Assembly: GCA_039804105.1 (NCBI GenBank)
Contig: JBDRZU010000001.1
Location: 448,001 to 512,000 of the forward strand
DNA length: 64,000 nt
Source: a candidate division WOR-3 bacterium
Lineage (GTDB): Bacteria > Hydrothermota > 32-111
Direction: 5' to 3'
How positions within the stretch are numbered: position 1 is the first letter of the stretch; each line of letters starts with the position of its first letter. Positions 50,343 through 61,867 of the stretch are shown here, one piece after another. The translations under genes were made by a program, and so were the position numbers. The notes under the pieces were generated by a model. The model ran no database searches. It had not been told where the DNA came from and saw only the letters and a list, made by a program, of their open reading frames with translations.

Positions 50343-53300
50343 CTATTTAATAAAACCAATCTTACCACTCTCCTTTCCATATTTGCTTTCAAATATATAA
50401 AAATAAATGCCGCTTGACAAACCAGTTGTTTTTCCATCAACTCTTATGATATTTTCTCCTTTCTGACCATTCATTTTTTTTGAGTAAATCTCTCTACCCA
50501 TTATATTAAAAATTTTTAACTCAATCAACCCACTTTCAGGAAGCAAAAAATTAAATTCTATCTTTTTGTCTGAAAATCCTGCTCCTCTCCATTTATATTT
50601 AAATTCGCCAACACTTTCATTAATTTTTCCAAATTGCAAATAACTATTTTTAGTAGCACTGAAATCTTTAATTATTTTATCATATTCGTAAAGATGAATA
50701 TTTATGGTTCTATTTGGATTACCTCTTATCCTATCGATGTTTAATTTTATATCTCCATCCTGATAATCTGATTTATCAAGAACAAAGAATGTTCTGTTTT
50801 CTTTACCTTCTATAAGCTTCACAAATTCTTCTTCTATACTTAATGCATAAGGTTGATTTTTGTTATTATTTGTCGTAATAATTTCAAGTAGATAATCCAT
50901 CGCAGGATTCAGACATTCTATTTGAGCACTCAATCTTTCAATAGGTTGTCTACTCTGTGGCGAAGGTAAAAAATTTCTCAGTACACTTTCAGAAATACTG
51001 GTTAATGTATCAGTTAAAGTAATACTCCTTGGATTTTCCAGTATTGGATAGATCGAATCAGTATAAATCCTAAAATTTGTTCCACCACATTCTATTTTAT
51101 AGTGGTTATTATGCCCTTCGACCCATAAAGCTCTTATTTTAGTATTTTTTATATATACATCCTGCCCAGTTGATGGGTTAAGTCCTATTGAAAGGGATAT
51201 AGAATCAACTAACACAGGATAGAAACAACTATCCAATCCTTTATTTAAAGTTACATTCTCAACTTCATTTGAAAATTCTTGAGTATTTATTCTGACCAAT
51301 TTGTCATCTCCAACATATGTAATAATTGAATTGTAAATACGTGGATATTTCATATCATTAACAACATTATCAACAATTTTTTTAAATGAATTATCAAGAT
51401 ATATTTCATTTCTAAAATGTAAATCATTATATTCCTGCCAAATTATTTTGTTGGTATCATTAAATGATTTCAGGTTAACATCTGGATTAAAGGAATAAAA
51501 AGTTGAATTTGAAACCTTTTCTGAAATAAGCCAAATATTTTTTGTAGCATCAAACTTTTTTCTAATAATCTCTCCATTTGCATCTTGAAAGACAATTTCA
51601 GGTCCTAATTTATTATTTGTTGTGGTAACACCTATACACGAAAAATCATAAGGTTTCACAAGATAATTGTTTTTATCCAGTTCACCTTCTTCACCTATTA
51701 GTTGAATAAATTCAGGGATTGTTAAATTATTATACATAAATGAAGTATATTGCAATGTCCATTGATTATCAATTGTCAGATGATCCGTTGTTATACCTGC
51801 AAACCATAATTGTGACAAATTAGCAGGATTCGCTAATATTGAAGGGCTTCGATATCCCATAACAGTCGGTATTAAAGGAACTGTCCATGGGGATGTTGAA
51901 TATGCATATTGCCATGTTTCTCCATCTTTCCAGACAGCAGCTATTCCACCTGAAATTGTCGTTATACTAACATCTCTACCACTACCAATTTTTTTAAGTT
52001 CCCAATTGTTTCCAAAATCCTTGCTCCTACCATATACAATACTATCACCATCAGAATAAGCCAGATGAAGTAACCCATTTTGTTTAACCAGATGGGTGCT
52101 ACTGCTAGGGCCCAGGGCAACATTTGTTGTTGACCACATAAATGGTTTCAAGGTATCAACCGCTGTAAAATATCCTAATTTATCTGCTCTTATTATTACT
52201 GGATAGGTTGTATTTGTTCTTAAATTGAAGTATGCTTTTCCATTGCTATCTGTGTATTTGATTAGTGTTGCTTTTTCAATTGACCCATCATCATTTACCG
52301 TATCATAAGTGATTGTTATTTTCACACTATCTATTCCAAAAAGATCGATATTCTTGTTTCGATAACAAGCATAAACATTAAAAGTATTATTTTTAAGAAC
52401 AGAAATTTCAGTTGGAGAAAACAAATATATTGTATCTCTTGCTACCAGAGGTAAAGTATCTGAAAAAAATGGACATTTTAACGCTCCACCTCTTAATGCA
52501 TAAGCCTTTACAACTAAAGTGTCTGTTTTAAGTGTTTCTCCATCAAATACTAAATTACCAAAGGGAATTTTATATGTTATTCCTTTCAAAACATTGTAAA
52601 GAGTATCCTTTAGATGATATTCAGCATTTTTATCTGGATCATATAATTCAATAACAATGGTATCTCTATATCCTGTATAATTATACAACGAATTAAGTTC
52701 AACATACACCCTGTCACCATTTACAAAAGTTTCAATTTGTTGACTATCTACAGGCAAAACAGACACCGGTAAAATTCCTATTTTTACAGAAAAAGGAGTA
52801 TAAAATCTCTTATAATATTGAAAATAACCGTCTTCAGGATTGAAACTATCAATAATACCTGTAATAAACTCAAATGTTTGGGGTTTATATTCAGTCAACC
52901 CATAAAATTTAAACATTTGATATTTAAGATCTGAGGAAAAAGGAAAATATTTTAAACTATCATGATAAGAACCGTCAAGATATGGATAATAACTATAATT
53001 TCCTGTAGTTTCTGAACCAGGAATAACCATTAAATATTTTATTGTATTGAACATTTTAATCATATCATCTTTTCCAAAAACATCATCAGGGAATTTTTTG
53101 TGATAATCGTTCATAAAAATAAATGAAAGTCCACCATGAGAGATATCATCCGCTTTTCCTTTAACATAATTGACAGAATATGCCCAGAGAAAGGTGGAAT
53201 CAGTGCCATTTCCAAAAACAAAAGTAGAGTCATCAATGTTATTTCTGAAATAATGAGCAAATTTTTTCGTCTGTTCTAAATATATATTTTCTTTTGTGAG

Positions 53301-54177
53301 CTCATAAAGAAATAGTCCCGCATCTGCCATAGTTGAATTTTTATTAAAAGGGTGCCTCATCTTTGCTCTAAAAGGATATTGTGGGTAAAAAGTGTCAATT
53401 TTAACTTCATCATTTATAAAGTTAATATCAATTACATCAAATATGTGTTTCCACGCCCCACAATATGAATCGTTATTTATTGTTGTATCCTGAAACCATT
53501 GAATATATTCATTATAACTCTCTTTACAATCATATATCAATTTTGACCTGTAAGACCAACCTCCAATTTCATCCCATTTGCCAATAGTGTCCATTGCAAT
53601 TACAAATCTTAAAATTGTTTGTAAAATTCTTCCTGTTAAAACCAGATCTGGGTAAGCAAAATATTTTGCAGGAATTCCATGAGAAGGTCCATAATAAATA
53701 AAACGATCCAAGGAAGAGTCATAACCACATATATGGATATTATAGGTAAACAATGAATCATTTCTTTCAATCAATGAATATTTTAACCCTCTCCATGTTT
53801 TTAATGTTCTTTCTGTTCCACTGCTATCTATATAACTATGGACTCCTCTTCGATCATCCCTTAAAGATAAGATTAAATTTATATTATTCGCTATAGAATT
53901 AGCGATTTCAAAATCATATTTATGTTTTAATTTATAGATTGATTTTTCAATTCCATAGCAAAAACTCCATGAAATTTCTCCATAATCATTACCATCTTGT
54001 TGAATATTATCTAAATTTAATTCAAAACTTAAATCACTATAATCCCAACAATTGATGTCTTCAATACTCAAGTTATCTCCAAAACAAAAAATTAATGCAA
54101 AACCTAAAATGAAAACAAAAACTATCTGTAAGTATCGGGGGGGGGGCGATAGTTAGAATTTTTGAAATACTCTTCAT
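50343..54177 (-). CDS. Large secreted protein with T9SS-type CTD; true start at 54177 is out of frame at a C10 tract (putative phase-variable gene, OFF state)
   Basis: AGGAGGT SD and ATG at 54177. The current frame stops after 34 codons, whereas C9 or C12 joins a signal peptide to the 1242-aa ORF. C-terminal FNIMGR...LSSGIYF. Confidence 0.85.
54137..54146. repeat. G10/C10 homopolymer (simple sequence repeat)
   Basis: TATC-GGGGGGGGGG-CGAT in an AT-rich background; the longest G/C run I noticed in the window. Confidence 0.95.
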
Positions 54178-54331
54178 AATACCTCCTTTTATGATTTAAA
54201 TTTTAAATGACCTTTTTAAAAAGTCAATAGTTGTATGTATTGTTCTTATGAAAAATTAAAATTTGTTGTGAGTTTAACAAAAAATTTTTCTTCCCTTGAA
54301 TAATCCTTCTAAATTACTATAATTTAAAATT

Positions 54332-55720
54332 ATGATCCAGAGTTTAGATATTTTTGTGATTTTTTTATTTTTCTTTTTTCTGTTAATGATTTCCTATTTT
54401 GCATCAAAAAATGTGAAAGGGAAAGATTCTTTTTTGATCAACAGCAGGAAAACCGGACTATTCCTTTTCATAGCAACAAATGTATCAACATGGTATGGTG
54501 GAATACTTGGAGTTGGTGAATTCACTTACAATTATGGAATTGTTAACTGGGTAACTCAGGGAGTTCCATATTATATTTTTGGTTTCCTTTTCGCTTTTCT
54601 TTTCGCAAAAAGGATAAGGGAAACTTCACTTATAACTATACCGCAAAAGATGGAAAAAGAGTATGGGAAAAAAGTTTCAATATTATCAGCTCTGATTGTT
54701 CTTATTCTTTCATCCCCAGCTCCATATATTTTAATGTTAGGTATAATCTTTGCAAAAATATTTTCAATCAACCTTACATTTTCAATGATAATCTCACTTC
54801 TATTTATACTTCCATTCATACTTAAAGGAGGATTCGTAACAGATATAAAAACTGATCTTTTCCAATTTTTCGTTATGTTTTTGGGTTTTATCCTACTTTT
54901 GTTATTCTCTTATAAAAATATCGGTGATTTTACAATTCTGAAGGAAAATTTACCAAAAGAACATCTATCAGTTACAGGAGGACTTCCCTTCTTTTATGTT
55001 ATCGTCTGGTTTTTTATAGCATCATGGACTTTTGTAGATCCAGGTTTCCATCAGAGATGTTACAGTGCAAAAGATGGAAATGTAGCAAGAAATGGGATAT
55101 TAATATCAATACTTTTTTGGATGCTTTTCGATTTTTTAACAACAACAACAGCACTCTATTCAAGGATAATCTTTCCATCATTGGAATTCCCCCAATGGTC
55201 TTATCTTTTCCTCGCTGATAAAATAATGCCTTCTGGATTTAAAGGTCTATTTTATGCTGCAATATTTGCAACAGTAATTTCTACCTTAAACTCACTTCTC
55301 GTTATAAGTGGAACAACCTTCTCCTTAGACATTGTAAAAAAATTCAAGGATGATATAGACCACAAGAAGGTTACGATTTGGGGAATAATTGTTTCAACTA
55401 TAGTTGGATTTATACTCGCCATTCTTGTTCCATCGGTTGTAAACCTCTGGTACCTTATAGGTTCAGTTTGTATACCTGGTCTTATTTTACCTTTACTTGG
55501 AGCTTATTACAAAAAAATTAAAATATCAAAAAGAATAACATTTTTTGAAATTATTTTTGGATTCTTTGTTCCAATAATTTGGATTTTCATAAGAAAAAGG
55601 TTGGAAAAGAATTCAATTTTATACCTTGTTGAACCCATGTTCGCAGGGCTTATATTTTCATCAATAATTCATATTTATGGGATGATGGAAAATGAAAAGA
55701 AGAAAAATGAGTTTGATTGA
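54332..55720 (+). CDS. Sodium:solute symporter family protein
   Basis: ATNVSTWYGG; GGFVTDIKTDLFQF; DPGFHQRCYSAK; ATVISTLNS. Confidence 0.9.
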   Translation: MIQSLDIFVIFLFFFFLLMISYFASKNVKGKDSFLINSRKTGLFLFIATNVSTWYGGILGVGEFTYNYGIVNWVTQGVPYYIFGFLFAFLFAKRIRETSLITIPQKMEKEYGKKVSILSALIVLILSSPAPYILMLGIIFAKIFSINLTFSMIISLLFILPFILKGGFVTDIKTDLFQFFVMFLGFILLLLFSYKNIGDFTILKENLPKEHLSVTGGLPFFYVIVWFFIASWTFVDPGFHQRCYSAKDGNVARNGILISILFWMLFDFLTTTTALYSRIIFPSLEFPQWSYLFLADKIMPSGFKGLFYAAIFATVISTLNSLLVISGTTFSLDIVKKFKDDIDHKKVTIWGIIVSTIVGFILAILVPSVVNLWYLIGSVCIPGLILPLLGAYYKKIKISKRITFFEIIFGFFVPIIWIFIRKRLEKNSILYLVEPMFAGLIFSSIIHIYGMMENEKKKNEFD

Positions 55721-56336
55721 AGAAATTTTTAATTCTGTAACACATGGTTTAGGTTTTCTGCTTAGTATTACTGGACTTGTTCTATGTGTTATATTTTCTG
55801 TTAAAGTGAAAAATGTTTATGCGATCGTTTCATCTTCGATATATGGTGCTTCGTTGATCCTCCTTTACATAAGTTCAACACTTTACCACTCTTTTCCGGA
55901 AGGAAATGTTAAAAAAATTTTTAAATTTTTCGATCATACATCAATATATATTCTCATAGCAGGTACATACACTCCATTTACTCTCTTACCTCTTAGAGGC
56001 CCTCTCGGATGGACAATTTTTGGTGTAATTTGGGGATTAGCTCTTTTCGGAATAGTTTTCAAGACATTTTTCATAAACAAAACAGACATAATTTCCACAA
56101 TAATATATATACTGATGGGATGGATGATAGTAATAGCCATAAAACAGGTTTACCTATCGGTTCCCAAAATATCCTTTATCTTTCTTGTTATAGGTGGTAT
56201 CTCTTACACTATAGGGACAATTTTCTATATTCTTGACAGATTATTCTTCTTCCATATAGTTTGGCATATATTCGTTCTAATCGGTTCAATAACCCATTTC
56301 TTTTCAATTTTTCTTTATATAAAATCTTTAAGTTGA
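55692..56336 (+). CDS. Hemolysin III / PAQR family membrane protein
   Basis: EEIFNSVTHG; SSTLYH; DHTSIYILIAGTYTP; HIVWHIFV. Confidence 0.94.
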   Translation: MKRRKMSLIEEIFNSVTHGLGFLLSITGLVLCVIFSVKVKNVYAIVSSSIYGASLILLYISSTLYHSFPEGNVKKIFKFFDHTSIYILIAGTYTPFTLLPLRGPLGWTIFGVIWGLALFGIVFKTFFINKTDIISTIIYILMGWMIVIAIKQVYLSVPKISFIFLVIGGISYTIGTIFYILDRLFFFHIVWHIFVLIGSITHFFSIFLYIKSLS

Positions 56337-56337
56337 G

Positions 56338-57144
56338 GTGAATATGAAATCAAAAAAAGAGTTGGAACTTGAAAAAACTATAATTTCAAAACTTAGCGGA
56401 AAATGCCTTGAAACAGCCAAGTTAATTTTTCAGGATAAAGAGATAGAATACCTGATGAACTACTCAAACAATGTTTCGATAAAAAGGTTAGGGTTCAACG
56501 ATCATGGGCCTGTTCATATGAAAAGAGCATGTCTTAACTCACTTTTGATGTTCGAACTTTTACATAACGCTGGAGTCAAATTTAACCTTGAAAATGAAGG
56601 TATTGGAAATGTTGATGATAGCAAAATAGCTGTAATTATAGCATCTCTCTTGCATGACATAGGGATGAGTGTTAGCAGAGAAAACCATGAGATCTATTCT
56701 TCACTTATTGGATTAAATATAATCGATAGGATACTTGAGAAAATTTACCAGCACGAATTTGAAAAACATATAATAGTCAGGTCTATGGTTATCGAAGGTA
56801 TAATAGGACATATGGCAACAAAAAGTATAAATTCACTTGAAGCAGGACTCGTCCTTATAGGTGATGGTTGCGACATGGAAAAAGGCAGGGCGAGAATCAC
56901 ATCAATGATCCAAAGAAAACCAAGAGTAGGTGATATTCACAAATACTCTGCATCTGCGATCCAAACAGTCAGTATAGAAAAAGGTATCATAAAACCTATA
57001 AAGATAACTGTTCTTATGAGAGAATCGGTTGGATTCTTCCAGATTGAAGAGGTACTTTTCCCAAAAATAAGTTCAAGTCCCGTAAAACCTTACATAGAGC
57101 TTTTTGCAGGGGTTATTGGAGATGAACTTATGCAGTATCTATAA
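56338..57144 (+). CDS. HD-domain phosphohydrolase
   Basis: NDHGPVH; LHDIG; DMEKGRAR. Confidence 0.9.
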   Translation: MNMKSKKELELEKTIISKLSGKCLETAKLIFQDKEIEYLMNYSNNVSIKRLGFNDHGPVHMKRACLNSLLMFELLHNAGVKFNLENEGIGNVDDSKIAVIIASLLHDIGMSVSRENHEIYSSLIGLNIIDRILEKIYQHEFEKHIIVRSMVIEGIIGHMATKSINSLEAGLVLIGDGCDMEKGRARITSMIQRKPRVGDIHKYSASAIQTVSIEKGIIKPIKITVLMRESVGFFQIEEVLFPKISSSPVKPYIELFAGVIGDELMQYL

Positions 57145-57180
57145 TATTGACATTTTGAAATAAAAAGTTAAATTATATTT

Positions 57181-57930
57181 ATGGAAATAAAAATAGTTAA
57201 ACTCAACAAAGATAACCTTGGACTTGCTTACTCTTGCACAAAGGAAACAAACCTTTGGGGTTCACATTCTCATCAGAAGAGTATAGATTTCCTTTTAAAA
57301 AATTTGGATTATAAAATTTATGCTTACGGAATAACTTTAGATGGAGCTTTAGCAGGTCATGTTATTCTTTTTGACACGAAACAGCCTCTATCTTTAGTTG
57401 AAAGTAAAGATGGTGTTTTCCTGAACTGTATATACATCCTCGAAAGTTTAAGAAATCAAAAATTTGGAACGATGGTGTTAAAACATATTGAAAACCAGAT
57501 AAAAGAAGAGGGGAAAAAAATTATTTTTACACATTCCATCGGTGAAAATGAATGGATGAGCAAAAATTTCTTTATAAAAAATGGTTTTATCGAAGCTCCA
57601 ACAGAAGATGATCTTTTGAAAATACTTTATAAATCTTTCGATAAAGAGGTGAGTTTCAGGATAATTTCTGATGATAAGAATAGAGTCCAAACAAAGACAA
57701 ACCAAATTTTGATAATTTATAACCCTCTCTGCCCACTCGAAAATGAGAAATTCGACCATCTGAAAGAGATTGTTAAAAAAGAGTTCGAAGAGGTTGAGAT
57801 TGAGGAGATCCATTCCTTGGATAAAACTCTATCCTCAGGTATATTTTTCAACAACATTCCACTACTCTACAACAAAAAGAAAGACAAAGAGATATTGGAT
57901 ATAATAAGATCTCTTATGGTAAAAATTTAA
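57181..57930 (+). CDS. GNAT family acetyltransferase (YoaP-like)
   Basis: LNCIYI...RNQKFGT; FFIKNGF. Confidence 0.75.
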   Translation: MEIKIVKLNKDNLGLAYSCTKETNLWGSHSHQKSIDFLLKNLDYKIYAYGITLDGALAGHVILFDTKQPLSLVESKDGVFLNCIYILESLRNQKFGTMVLKHIENQIKEEGKKIIFTHSIGENEWMSKNFFIKNGFIEAPTEDDLLKILYKSFDKEVSFRIISDDKNRVQTKTNQILIIYNPLCPLENEKFDHLKEIVKKEFEEVEIEEIHSLDKTLSSGIFFNNIPLLYNKKKDKEILDIIRSLMVKI

Positions 57931-58979
57931 ATTTCCCTCAATATTCTGTTTAAAATAAGAAAACCTATATCCGTGCAGGATATCCTTCCATTTTCTATTT
58001 TAAGATAACCTTCATCTATAAAATAGTTAACCTTATCTTTATCAACAACATTTAAAAATTTTTCATCGTAAAGGATACCTTCACTTTTTCTAAGACCAAG
58101 CATCAGATATTCCAGATTCCTTTTATCTTCATCAATAAACTCTCTCTGCATCGATTCCATGTATCCTTTCATATAAAGTTTTATATTATCACTATTTTTC
58201 ATCCTCTCCTTCCCGTCATAGGATGCTGCCGAAACTCCATAACCTATATAGACTGATGAGGTATCCCAATAGGAAAGATTGTGCAAAGATCTATAACCTT
58301 CTTTTGAAAAATTTGAAACCTCATATCTTTTAAATCCAAAATTTTTCAACTCGTCCAACAAAAAATAATATTCTTCTTCAATATCCTCATTCTCAAGTTC
58401 AGAACCAAAAAGTTTTGCTCCCTTTTCAAGAGTTAGGATATATGCTGAGATGTGTTTAACTGGGAAATTTTTTATTGGAGAAATATAAATCTTATGCCCT
58501 TTTATTCCATATATAAAATCAACTGAAAGATTATCGTTCACATTAAACAATGAAAGAACCTTAAATATTTTTTCAACACTTGCCAACCGTCCAAGTAGTT
58601 TTAAAACATTACCGTCGAACGACTGAATCCCGAGGGAAAACCTATTGAATCCAAGTTCTTTATAAAATTGAATCTTCTCTTCTGTTGTTGATTCGGGATT
58701 CATCTCGATTGTGATCTCTTTTAAATTTTGAAAATCATAGTTATCCTTTAAAACATCAAAAATCTTTTTTATGTATTCAAGATCAACTGATGAAGGTGTC
58801 CCTCCACCAAAATATATAGTATCAACCGAATCAAAAAATTTTTTTCTATCGACTATTTCAAAAGTTAAACTTTTAAAATATTTTCTTATCAGATCCTCAT
58901 CAAATCGTCCTGAAACAAAATTACAGTAAAAACATTTACCATCACAGAATGGGATATGTATGTATATACCTTTATTCAT
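57927..58979 (-). CDS. hemW: Radical SAM heme chaperone HemW (HemN-like)
   Basis: YIHIPFCDGKCFYC; YFGGGTPS; YEVSNF...HNLSYW; lies downstream of lepA. Confidence 0.88.
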   Translation of the reverse strand: MNKGIYIHIPFCDGKCFYCNFVSGRFDEDLIRKYFKSLTFEIVDRKKFFDSVDTIYFGGGTPSSVDLEYIKKIFDVLKDNYDFQNLKEITIEMNPESTTEEKIQFYKELGFNRFSLGIQSFDGNVLKLLGRLASVEKIFKVLSLFNVNDNLSVDFIYGIKGHKIYISPIKNFPVKHISAYILTLEKGAKLFGSELENEDIEEEYYFLLDELKNFGFKRYEVSNFSKEGYRSLHNLSYWDTSSVYIGYGVSAASYDGKERMKNSDNIKLYMKGYMESMQREFIDEDKRNLEYLMLGLRKSEGILYDEKFLNVVDKDKVNYFIDEGYLKIENGRISCTDIGFLILNRILREI

Positions 58980-59508
58980 CGAATAAAATCTTTTTTATCC
59001 TGCTTAAAAACATCTTGTTGTAAACCAATCTTTCAAAAATAAGCATTATGGTTTTTTCGTCTTTCAAAATCAATACGACTGTTGCCTTTTTGAAATGTAA
59101 GAAAACAAAATCGGTTTTTATTATATTTGATTTTATTATCTGATTTATATATGTTGAAAAAATTTTTACTCTCTTTTCATTAAAAGATGTTGTAACCTTA
59201 TTATCATTTTCGATAATGAGATAATCCTGAAGTCCCTCAAGTTTTTTTAAAGAAGAAATGGGATCTTCCTTCTTTTTATCTTCTATTATGAAAACAACAT
59301 TCCCTTTTTTGAGTTTATAGAACGAGTTCAAACAAAAATCTAAATCTTTTTTCCCTTTAAATGAGATATCAACTATGTTTCCGGATTCAAAAATGATGAA
59401 CGAATTTTTATCATCCTCAATCGAGATTTCTCCACTCCTTTTATGTTTTCTAAACTGCTCGATTCTTCTTTTGAGATCAACATTCTCACAGTTTAAAATA
59501 AGTTTCAT
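58972..59508 (-). CDS. Hypothetical protein (DUF4388-like N-terminus)
   Basis: KRSGEISI...IIFESGNIV pattern; sits within the operon. Confidence 0.5.
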   Translation of the reverse strand: MKLILNCENVDLKRRIEQFRKHKRSGEISIEDDKNSFIIFESGNIVDISFKGKKDLDFCLNSFYKLKKGNVVFIIEDKKKEDPISSLKKLEGLQDYLIIENDNKVTTSFNEKRVKIFSTYINQIIKSNIIKTDFVFLHFKKATVVLILKDEKTIMLIFERLVYNKMFLSRIKKILFDE

Positions 59509-59948
59509 AATTTTTTCTCAAAAACTATAATTCCCTTTATCTCTTTTAAACCAATAAAACCAAAACTCCTTGAATCGTAAGAATTTCTAAAATTGTCACC
59601 GATAACAAAGAAAGAATCCTGTGGCACTATAACTTTTTTTTCGTTTCCATAATTATCAAAAAATAGCAAAGTATCAAATGGAATCCCAACACACCTTTTT
59701 ATGATCTTTTTATTTTTATGTTCAACTATAACATTTTTATTTTTTAAAAAAGAATAATCTTTATCGTTAAGAAGAATTTTAAAAATCGAATATGTTTTTG
59801 TTGGAATAAAAAATGAGATGTCTCCATCATTAAAGGTCGAAGACATTGAATTTCCTTTTATAATAACTGGTGAAAACAAAAAAATTTTTATGAAAAAAAT
59901 TAAAAAAATAGAGATGAGAATCGAAAAAAGAATATCTTTACTCTTCAT
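59505..59948 (-). CDS. lepB: Signal peptidase I
   Basis: GNSM (Ser); IKRCVG (Lys); GDNFRNSYDSRSFG. Confidence 0.9.
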   Translation of the reverse strand: MKSKDILFSILISIFLIFFIKIFLFSPVIIKGNSMSSTFNDGDISFFIPTKTYSIFKILLNDKDYSFLKNKNVIVEHKNKKIIKRCVGIPFDTLLFFDNYGNEKKVIVPQDSFFVIGDNFRNSYDSRSFGFIGLKEIKGIIVFEKKL

Positions 59949-61728
59949 CTATCTTTAATGCAGCAAGGAAAGCTTCCTGTGGTATCTCGACTTTACCAAG
60001 CATCTTCATTCTCTTCTTTCCCTCTTTCTGTTTTTCAAGCAGTTTTCTTTTTCTTGTGATATCTCCCCCATAACATTTTGCAAGAACATCTTTTCTAACC
60101 GCTTTTACAATTGATTTTGCGATAACTTTACTACCGATTGCTGCCTGAATCGCTACTTCAAACTGCTGTCTATGAATAACCTCTTTGAGTTTATGTGTCA
60201 ATTTATTTCCAACATTGTATGCCTTCTCTCTTGGAACAATACTTGATAAAGCATCAACCTTGTCTCCATTTATCAGTATATCGAGTCGCACAAGATCTGA
60301 TTCTCTGTAATCGAGAAACTGGTAATCCATCGAACCATAACCTCTTGTGATCGTTTTCAACTTGTCAAAAAAGTCAAAAATTACTTCAGCCATCGGCATC
60401 TCATATTTTAAAAGAACCCTTTTGTCAGTGATATATTCCATACTCTTCTGAACACCCCTTCTCTCCATAACGAGTTGCATTATAGGTCCTATATAGTCGG
60501 GAGGTGTAAAAATATCAACAACAAGGAACGGTTCAAGAATTTTTTCGTTTCTTGTAATATCAGGCATTTTAGCAGGATTATCTATCAACTTTTCTTCACC
60601 TTTCACATCTATGAGTTTGTAAACAACATTGGGAATCGTCGCAATTATATCGAGTCCAAATTCACTCTCAAGACGCTCCTGAACGATTTTCATATGCAAC
60701 ATTCCAAGAAAACCGCACCTGAAACCAAAACCTAAAGCTTCTGAGTTTTCCTGTATAAAAGTGAACGCTGCATCGTTTAACTTTAACTTTTTTAAAGCAT
60801 CTTTCAACTTTTCATAGTCCTCACCATTTGAAGGATAGAATCCTGAAAAGACCATCGGCTTAACTTCCCTGTATCCTTTGAGCGGCTGAACATCCATCCC
60901 TTTTAAGGTTATCGTATCTCCTATATGAATTTCATCAATATTTTTTATATTGCAAATGATATAACCAACATCACCCGAAACGAGTTTCTCAACAGGTTTC
61001 ATCTTTGGTAAAAAAACTCCAACCTCTCCAACCTCATAAATACTTTTTGTTGAAATGAATGTTATCATATCTCCCTTTTTTACCTCACCATCAAATATTC
61101 TGACATAGGGAATCGCTCCCCTATAATTATCGTAGGTTGAATCAAAAATTAGTGCTTTCAATGGACTTGTAAAATCTATTTTTGGTGGAGGAAATTTTTC
61201 GATTATCGCATCGATCAACTGATCAACGCCTGTTCCATCCTTTGCTGAAATCAGTATTATATCATTTTCTTCACATCCCAAAAGTTCCATTATCTCTTTA
61301 CCTGAAAGTTCAATATCAGCAGCTGGAAGATCTATTTTATTCAAAACTGGAATGATCGGTAAATCGTTTGCAAGTGCCTCATGAAGATGGCTTATCGATT
61401 GTGCTTCAACACCCTGAGTGGCATCAACGAGTAAAACAGCGCCTTCACATGCAGCGAGAGATCTCGAAACCTCATAGGAAAAATCAACATGTCCGGGAGT
61501 GTCTATCAGATTGAATTGAATATCGTTACCCTTCCATTTAAAATTAATTCTGACATGATGCGCTTTAACAGTTATCCCATGCTCCCTTTCAACACTCATC
61601 GAATCAAGCACCTGCTCTCTGAACTCTCTCATATCAAAATTTTCGGATAACTCCAAAAACCTATCAGAAAGAGTGCTTTTCCCGTGATCTATATGTGCTA
61701 TAATTGAAAAATTCCTGATTATCTTCAT
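59938..61728 (-). CDS. lepA: Elongation factor 4
   Basis: RNFSIIAHIDHGKST; GFRCGFLGMLH; KCYGGDITRKRKLLEKQK. Confidence 0.98.
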   Translation of the reverse strand: MKIIRNFSIIAHIDHGKSTLSDRFLELSENFDMREFREQVLDSMSVEREHGITVKAHHVRINFKWKGNDIQFNLIDTPGHVDFSYEVSRSLAACEGAVLLVDATQGVEAQSISHLHEALANDLPIIPVLNKIDLPAADIELSGKEIMELLGCEENDIILISAKDGTGVDQLIDAIIEKFPPPKIDFTSPLKALIFDSTYDNYRGAIPYVRIFDGEVKKGDMITFISTKSIYEVGEVGVFLPKMKPVEKLVSGDVGYIICNIKNIDEIHIGDTITLKGMDVQPLKGYREVKPMVFSGFYPSNGEDYEKLKDALKKLKLNDAAFTFIQENSEALGFGFRCGFLGMLHMKIVQERLESEFGLDIIATIPNVVYKLIDVKGEEKLIDNPAKMPDITRNEKILEPFLVVDIFTPPDYIGPIMQLVMERRGVQKSMEYITDKRVLLKYEMPMAEVIFDFFDKLKTITRGYGSMDYQFLDYRESDLVRLDILINGDKVDALSSIVPREKAYNVGNKLTHKLKEVIHRQQFEVAIQAAIGSKVIAKSIVKAVRKDVLAKCYGGDITRKRKLLEKQKEGKKRMKMLGKVEIPQEAFLAALKIDEE

Positions 61729-61817
61729 AGGTTTTATATATTATCATTTTTTTCTGTGTTGTAAAGAGACAAAATTACCTATTGATTTTTTTTATCAATA
61801 AATTTATAATTAACTTG

Positions 61818-61845
61818 TTGACAAAAGGGAAACTGAATTTATAAT
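61818..61845 (+). promoter_or_regulatory. Sigma70-type promoter
   Basis: TTGACA-16 bp-TATAAT upstream of the response regulator. Confidence 0.7.
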
Positions 61846-61867
61846 AAATTAAAAAGTGGGAGTTTAA

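Noticed and set aside
54218..54227. AAAAAGTCAA as the other end of the 48.2-54.2 kb block
   Set aside because: Only 10 bp of AT-rich match; more simply the -35 (TTGACT) of the minus-strand promoter.
60363..60377. TGTCAAAAAAGTCAA resembling the repeat core
   Set aside because: Lies inside lepA encoding FDFFD, has different spacing, and lacks the GCACCGTCCC end.
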